A stretch of DNA of 64,000 nt. Source: Rebecca billardiae RCC1528. Taxonomy: Eukaryota; Protista; Haptophyta. Every line of letters begins with the position of its first letter. Within the stretch, counting starts at the first letter, position 1. The position numbers were made by a program, and so were the translations under genes. The DNA lies in the NCBI GenBank assembly GCA_965240325.2, contig OZ251223.1, positions 2,852,001 through 2,916,000 on the forward strand. Direction: 5' to 3'. Positions 58,343 to 64,000 of the stretch are shown here, one piece after another. A model generated the notes under the pieces. That model made no database searches and was not told where the DNA came from. It saw only the letters and a list, made by a program, of their open reading frames with translations.

Positions 58343-60118
58343 CTAAGCATTGCTGCTCGCTGGGGCCAGCCGCTGCTCCAGCTCGGCCGCGGCGTGCGCA
58401 AGCTCTGGCGGCGAGAGCGGCGCAAAGTACGGGTGGCCAAGAAGCTCGACGAGCGACGGCACGCGGCGAGGTCCGGGCGCGAGCGCTCGGCGCGCGGCCG
58501 CGTCATCGCCGCCACTCGCCTCGACGGCGTCAGCGTCGGCGCCAAGGTAGGTGCGCACGAGCGCGCGCAGCTCGGGCGAGAACGCCCCCGCGCCGCTCGA
58601 TGCGTCGCCCAGCGCGGCCCCCGGCTCCCCGCGCGTCGCGCGCGCGAGCACGCGGACCGCGTCGGCGGCGAGCTGCGCACCGAACAGCGCGTGCGCGCTC
58701 GCGAGCTCGGCGGGCGCGTGCTCGGCGAGCGCGCGCATCTCGTGCTCGCGCAGCTCCGGCGCGGGCGCGCCAAAGCACACGCCGTGCAGCCGCAGCTCGG
58801 GCCGCGCATCCGCCCCGGCCGCGCCCTCGTCCCCCGCGGAGAGCACGCTGGGTGCGAGCTCGGCCGCCAGCTCGAGGTGCACGTGCGAGGCGGCCACGCG
58901 CGCGGAGCCGCCCGGCGCGGGCACGAGCGGGCGCGTGCACATCGTCCAAGCGTCCGCGCACGCCTGCGCGCGCGCGGAGAGGGGAGCGCGGGGGGGGGAA
59001 CGCGAGCAAGAGGGCGCGCGGCGTGGGCGCGCGCGTACCCCACGCGCACGCGCTCCCCGTCTCCCGCGCGCGCGGGGCACGCGCCCGCGCGGGCGCCGCA
59101 CCTCGAGCAGCTGCGTGCGCACGAACCGGCCGAGGGCCGATCGCTCGCCAAGCGGGCCGGTGGCGCGCACGAGCTCGTCGAGCCGGGCGCCGTGCGCGGC
59201 CTCGAGGTAGTGGTGGTGCGCGATGACGGGCGCGGCGGGCGCGGCGGGCCGCGCGCCGCCGCCGCCGCCGCGCGACAGCCTGCGCCCCGGCGCGTCCGGC
59301 GGGCGCGCCGCTGTGAACGTGCCGAGGTGGGCGCCAAACGCGCCGCTCAGGCTGAGCTGCCGATGGCCGTCCGCGCGGCAGAGGGCGCGCGCCAGCTCGG
59401 CGGACACGTCGAAGGGGCTCACGCTGCCATCGCCGCGCGCCTCGCCCGGGACGTACACCACGTCGATCGGGTGCGCGAACTCGACCGAGCGCTGGGCGTG
59501 CACGATGCGCACGGCGCCCGCGCCCCCGGCGGCGGCGGCGCCGTCGAGCGGCAGCGGACGGATCGCGCGCTCGCGCATCAGCCGGTCGATGCGCGCGCGG
59601 TTGGCACGCTGGAAGGCGTGCGGCGCGTCGTGCGGGATGGGCGGTGTCGGAGGGATCTGCGCCCACAGCAGCGCCTCCGCCTCGTCCGCGGCGATGCCGC
59701 CGCCGTCCGCGCCAGCCTCGTCGCCAGCGTGCAGCAGCTCCATCAGCTGCGCGACCTCGCGCGTCGCGTTGTCCACGTGCGTCTGGAGCACCCTGGCGAG
59801 CTGCGCGGACTGCGCGTCGGTCATCGCGGACGCATCCCAGCCGTCCACGATCCCCACGAGCTGCTCCACCTGCGGTTGCACGGCCGCCAGCATTTGGTCG
59901 ATCGCGACAGTGCCCTCGGTCGATGCGGCCTCGAGCAGCGCCGACTGGAACTGCTCGAGCGTGCACGGGAAGCTGAGGAGCGCGCGCGCGTGCGCGAGGA
60001 GCGATCGATCAGCAGGGCTGATGGGCACCCTCGCCTCCAGCTCGAAGAGGAAGCCGTCGTCATCCAGCTGCCCGCCTCTGAATGCATCCGACAGCGCCTC
60101 GGAAAGGGTCGCCGCCAT
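58343..60118 (-). CDS. Protein with degenerate C-terminal kinase-like fold (probable pseudokinase); exons 60118-59102, 58963-58343
   Basis: Hinge-like HYLEAAHGARLDELV..GPL and C-lobe FSPELRALVRTYL...PRRVPSLVELLGHPYF are present, but no HRD/DFG. In-frame GT-AG intron at 59101-58964. Confidence 0.6.
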   Translation of the reverse strand: MAATLSEALSDAFRGGQLDDDGFLFELEARVPISPADRSLLAHARALLSFPCTLEQFQSALLEAASTEGTVAIDQMLAAVQPQVEQLVGIVDGWDASAMTDAQSAQLARVLQTHVDNATREVAQLMELLHAGDEAGADGGGIAADEAEALLWAQIPPTPPIPHDAPHAFQRANRARIDRLMRERAIRPLPLDGAAAAGGAGAVRIVHAQRSVEFAHPIDVVYVPGEARGDGSVSPFDVSAELARALCRADGHRQLSLSGAFGAHLGTFTAARPPDAPGRRLSRGGGGGARPAAPAAPVIAHHHYLEAAHGARLDELVRATGPLGERSALGRFVRTQLLEVRRPRGRVPRARGRRGARARGVRARPRRAPSCSRSPPRAPLSARAQACADAWTMCTRPLVPAPGGSARVAASHVHLELAAELAPSVLSAGDEGAAGADARPELRLHGVCFGAPAPELREHEMRALAEHAPAELASAHALFGAQLAADAVRVLARATRGEPGAALGDASSGAGAFSPELRALVRTYLGADADAVEASGGDDAAARRALAPGPRRVPSLVELLGHPYFAPLSPPELAHAAAELEQRLAPASSNA

Positions 60119-60187
60119 TTCGAAAGTGCTGCTCCTCCGCCCGCCGACCGGCAGGTCCGCAGGTGGGCAGTCCACGGTGTCCGCACA

Positions 60188-61072
60188 ATGGCGGCCGAGG
60201 ACGCAGCCGCTGGCGTTGAAGCGCTACTCGACGAGGCGCTGGACGCGTTCGATGCAGAGGGCGAGGGTGCGGACACGAGTCTCGCGGCGGAAGAACGCCT
60301 CGCCGCGGCAGCGGCGCTCGCGCCTGCGGTGGCGCCTGACGCCGCGATCGGGCCCGCAGCCAACGCGGCCAATGCCGACGACGGCATAGACAGCGAGCTC
60401 GTCGCCAGCATGGAGAGCCTCATGCGCGGGATCGGCCAGGTGGACGACGCGGAGCTGATCAAACGGCTAGAATCGTCCCTCGCGCAGCTCGAGCAGGAGG
60501 CCGTCGCTGCCGCTGCGGCGACGCCGGCCGCTGAGCTCGAGGCGGCGCCTGAGAGCTCCGTCGAGCGCACGCTGCGCCTGCTCTCGCGCAGCGCGGACCG
60601 GCTCTCGGCGGACGACGGGGGGGAGGACGGTGGCGGCGCGGGCGCCGACGGCGAGTTCGGCGAGATCCTGCAGCAGCTCGCCGCCGGCCTCGACGAGCTC
60701 GGCGACTCGGACGAGTTCGCGTCCGCCATCGAGGGCATGATGGCGCAGCTCGTCTCCAAGGACGTGATGCACGAGCCTCTCGTGCAGCTCAGGCGGCTGT
60801 TCGCGCCGTGGATGGAGGCGCACGCGGCGGAGCTGTCAGCGAGCGAGCGCGCGCGGTACGAGGCGCAGCAGGAGGTCCTCGAGCGCATCCTCGCGCTGTA
60901 CGACGCCGGTGGCACCGAGCACGAGCGCATCATCGAGCTGATGCACGAGATGCAGCAGCACGGGCAGCCGCCGCGCGAGGTGATGCGGCAGCTTGCACCC
61001 GGCTCGGAAGTGGAGGCGCTCCTGCGCAGCGAGGGCGATGCAGGTGCCAAGGAGCTCTGCGCGACCATGTGA
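60188..61072 (+). CDS. PEX19: Peroxisomal biogenesis factor 19
   Basis: N-terminal LLDEALDAF (Pex3-binding), MMAQLVSKDVMHEPL, RYEAQQ, LMHEMQQHGQPPREV, C-terminal CaaX (CATM). Confidence 0.93.
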   Translation: MAAEDAAAGVEALLDEALDAFDAEGEGADTSLAAEERLAAAAALAPAVAPDAAIGPAANAANADDGIDSELVASMESLMRGIGQVDDAELIKRLESSLAQLEQEAVAAAAATPAAELEAAPESSVERTLRLLSRSADRLSADDGGEDGGGAGADGEFGEILQQLAAGLDELGDSDEFASAIEGMMAQLVSKDVMHEPLVQLRRLFAPWMEAHAAELSASERARYEAQQEVLERILALYDAGGTEHERIIELMHEMQQHGQPPREVMRQLAPGSEVEALLRSEGDAGAKELCATM

Positions 61073-61429
61073 CGCGCGGCGCTGCCGATGCGCCAGCAGT
61101 ACGCCTCGCCAGCTGCCGCGAGTTCACGACTGGGAGAGTGCTGCACGTGAGCTGAGACGCAGCCGGGCTCTGCCACTCGCAGTCCGCACGCCGTGGGCGG
61201 TGCCGCGGTGGGGCCCTGTGCCCGTGGGCAGCGTAGTGTCGTAGGGGCGATCGAAACTCGGAGCCGGTCCCACGGTTATTCTGAAAGGAGGTCCGGGCCA
61301 GCAATGGTCATCGGATTTCCCTGCTGATTTTCCATTTTTCCAGCATCTCCGGACAAACCGGACGGCCCTGTTTGGCCGCCGGCCGGCGGCGACCGCACTG
61401 GCGGGCGCGGAGGGTGAGGCTTGCACGCG

Positions 61430-62156
61430 ATGACAGGTCAGCGGGGTGATGACGACGACCTTCCTGACTATGCCAACCATGCTGAACACCACCCCGCGCG
61501 GGTAGAGCAGACCCGGCATGCTGGTGACCTTCCGGACTACTCCGAGTACCGCAACACCACGGAGGGTGTACGACTAGTGATTCCCGGCTGTCCGCCCACC
61601 CAGTGCTGCTGCTGTGACCTTCACACGGTGAGTGCGACGGGTAGCGTGCGCGGCGTGCTGCCATTCGTCTCACGCCCTGTTCCCTGACTGCGCCACCCAG
61701 GGCCTACTGGTGTGCACGCGCATCGTGATCGCTCTCTTCCTGCTGCTGCTGGCGCTGTTGGTGGCGCACCTGATCACACTTGAGTACGCGTGCGAAGAGC
61801 CGTCTCGTTGCGGCATGCTCTATGCACAACGTGGACTGCATTGCACGACCTCTGTGCTCTGCCTGCTGAATGTGGCCCTCTTCTCCTATGGCCACAGCGC
61901 CCTGAAGGCGCGTGAGCTCAGGCGGCTCCAAAACTTTTTCATCGTGCTTGTCGGGGCCCTCGTCGTGTGGATCATCAACGACATCGTGAACGGCCAAATC
62001 CTTCAAGCCATGTCTCCTCTGGGCTGGCTTGTCGGCGCGACCACCGCCGTGCGCACGATCAGCTACCTCGTCTTGGGCGGCTGGTACGCCTTTGGCGTGC
62101 ATCACCTGGCATACCAGCTGGATGAGGCCGAGCGTTTCGGCCGGCAGCAGCATTGA
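61430..62156 (+). CDS. Small multi-pass (about 4 TM) membrane protein with CCCCxLxTG motif; exons 61430-61627, 61701-62156
   Basis: A GTGAGT...CCCAG intron (61628-61700) joins QCCCCDLHT to GLLVCTRIVIALFLLL; four hydrophobic segments follow. Confidence 0.72.
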
Positions 62157-62196
62157 TGATTATGAATCATTGACTCAGAAGTCAGCATCATCACTG

Positions 62197-62250
62197 TGGC
62201 CTGCGGTGCAGGGCGGAGCGCGCAGCGTGGAGCCCGCGCCGGGGGCCCTC
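62197..62250 (+). repeat. Solo fragment of the 5' terminus of the HINE-like family
   Basis: TGGCCTGCGGTGCAGGGCGGAGCGCGCAGCGTGGAGCCCGC matches 1773-1813 and 6682-6722 and begins at the same TGGCC. Confidence 0.8.
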
Positions 62251-62291
62251 ACTACGTTGTCAACCATTAGCTAGACGCGATGATAGCGCTC

Positions 62292-62293
<2 letters not shown>

Positions 62294-62363
<70 letters not shown>
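62294..62363. repeat. (TA)n microsatellite
   Basis: Direct observation. Confidence 0.97.
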
Positions 62364-62368
<5 letters not shown>

Positions 62369-62968
62369 AATTATTTTCTGACGAGTACTACTTACATCGC
62401 GTCAAATAATATATATATATTATTTATTTATTTGGCGCACGGTCTGATCCGATCCGACTACCGTACTGTCATGACTTCACTTGGACGCGACGCCGGACGG
62501 GGGCGGCGCGGACGATTCTGTCTAGATGAGCAGACTCGCGGTCCGTCTCGGATTTACGAGTTGATGCCGGAATTGGACCCCGGGCGGCGCGGCGGGGCCG
62601 GGTGAATTTATAATAATATTATTATTATTATCGCGATTTTTCGAGCAGGGGCGGCAGCCCGGCGCGGCGCAGTCTGAGTCAGTGACTAGTGAGTCACGTA
62701 CTTTGTTAGTAGTTAGCGTTCAGTCAGCAGCATCAGCACGGCTATTCAGCAGCCGCTGTCTGCTCGATCACCTATTTTTCTATTTACAGTTACACAGACG
62801 ACTACTCAGAGTAATCAGATCCGTGACTCCGGTTGGCTCTAGCCTTATAATAAGGCTTATATAATAGCGGCTTATATTGTCGTCGACGTCTGTCTTGAGA
62901 TTTACTCATTCATCACGAATTGTACAGTACCGCCCGCCTAGCCTCTATTCATTCACAGTGCGGCTCTA

Positions 62969-63578
62969 TGGAGCGCTCGTTGGAACTTGACGCCGGTTTG
63001 GCGCCCGCGCGGCGAGGGCGACGACGGGCGTACACGGGGCCCGCGGCGGCGGGAAGCGCGCGGGCGCGGCCGAGAACGGCACGGTCCGGACGCCTCTAGC
63101 CAGCCGCGGACGCGCACCGCGCCTCCTCCTCGCACGCTGCTAACTTGATCCGGGTTGAACGGTGGTTTTGCTGCCAACCAGCTCAAGATCCACGGCTGGT
63201 CAAGGTTCGGCTTGCGACCTCGCCGCTGGTGCTTGCAAGAAGGTACACGAGTTGGTCGAACTCCCACGCACCCGCTCTGCGCTCGTCGACGCCCTCTGAA
63301 GGTGACTCGGGGTGCATGCGGGGCAGTGGAATGCAGTGGTTCGGCGTTGCCTCTCAGTCGTCCAGCGCGTAGGCCATGTAGCGCGGGTGTGGTGCGCGCA
63401 TGGCCCGGTACAGTAATTCGGTCGCGGCATGTCTGTCTGGGCTGCCCAAGGCCTGCCGCACCGCAAAGCGAGCGCTCAGGAGCGTGTGCCGACCGTGCCA
63501 GCCCCGCCGAGATGGGGCACTTCGCTGGGAAATGCGGTGTCATCAAGTTCCACCCCCGCTCAAGTTCCAACGAGCGCT

Positions 63579-63581
<3 letters not shown>
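62969..63581. mobile_element. MITE / non-autonomous TIR element (613 bp, 22-bp TIRs, TA on both flanks)
   Basis: TGGAGCGCTCGTTGGAACTTGA (62969-62990) is the perfect reverse complement of TCAAGTTCCAACGAGCGCTCCA (63560-63581). TA lies at 62967-62968 and 63582-63583, and there is an extra subterminal TCAAGTTCCA at 63543-63552. Confidence 0.85.

Positions 63582-63673
<92 letters not shown>
63582..63673. repeat. (TA)n microsatellite abutting the MITE right end
   Basis: Direct observation. Confidence 0.97.
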
Positions 63674-63675
<2 letters not shown>

Positions 63676-64000
63676 TAGTCATCTATACCGTAAGTAAGTA
63701 GCTACCGGCCCGGACACCTGCCGGCATCACAGAAAAAGCCACAGGCCGGGCCAAATTTGACACCCGCCGCCCTCTATTGGCTCTAATATTTCAGACGACG
63801 ACCGCGGACGTGAACGAATAGCTAAGCTCGGGGCGCGGTAATAAATGTCAGTAAGCGTCTTAAGATGCGATGGCAGCTTGCAGCTCGATTCAGTCAGTCC
63901 GGCATTGGAATAGATAGGGTCCGCGCGGTCGATAATCGATATAGGCGCGCGACCGGCTGATCAGTGATCAGCCCGCGTTGGGGTGCGCACCGGCCACGGG

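Noticed and set aside
58394-60187. Long N-terminal extension of the PEX19 ORF (892 aa)
   Set aside because: Antisense shadow of the minus-strand gene; PEX19 homology starts at Met 60188.

Overview
Very GC-rich eukaryotic genomic DNA with spliceosomal introns of the form GTGCGC...GCGCAG. The style is consistent with a Pavlovales-like haptophyte alga, but that is inference only. Host genes: a 5'-truncated WW/RanBP2-zinc-finger protein, a class I SAM methyltransferase, a MORN-repeat protein, pyruvate kinase, a BTB/POZ protein, a roughly 10,000-aa highly divergent dynein-heavy-chain-like protein with a 27-kb open first exon, a PHO80/P-type cyclin, a pseudokinase-like protein, PEX19 and a small multi-TM protein. 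The most unusual region is 1.77-8.71 kb, where two head-to-tail elements have Helentron/HINE-like ends (asymmetric inverted repeats plus a 3' hairpin). Nested in the first is a discrete 2,483-bp insertion (3451-5933) bounded by 10-bp inverted termini. It encodes only an intact CRESS-DNA-virus-type Rep (HUH endonuclease + SF3 helicase), with no capsid. Two uninterrupted copies of its target site lie immediately upstream and show no target-site duplication. Also present: RLE-type non-LTR retroelement 3' fragments beside (TA)n tracts, a TA-flanked MITE, and a recurring pattern in which repeat copies differ mainly by short duplications rather than substitutions.
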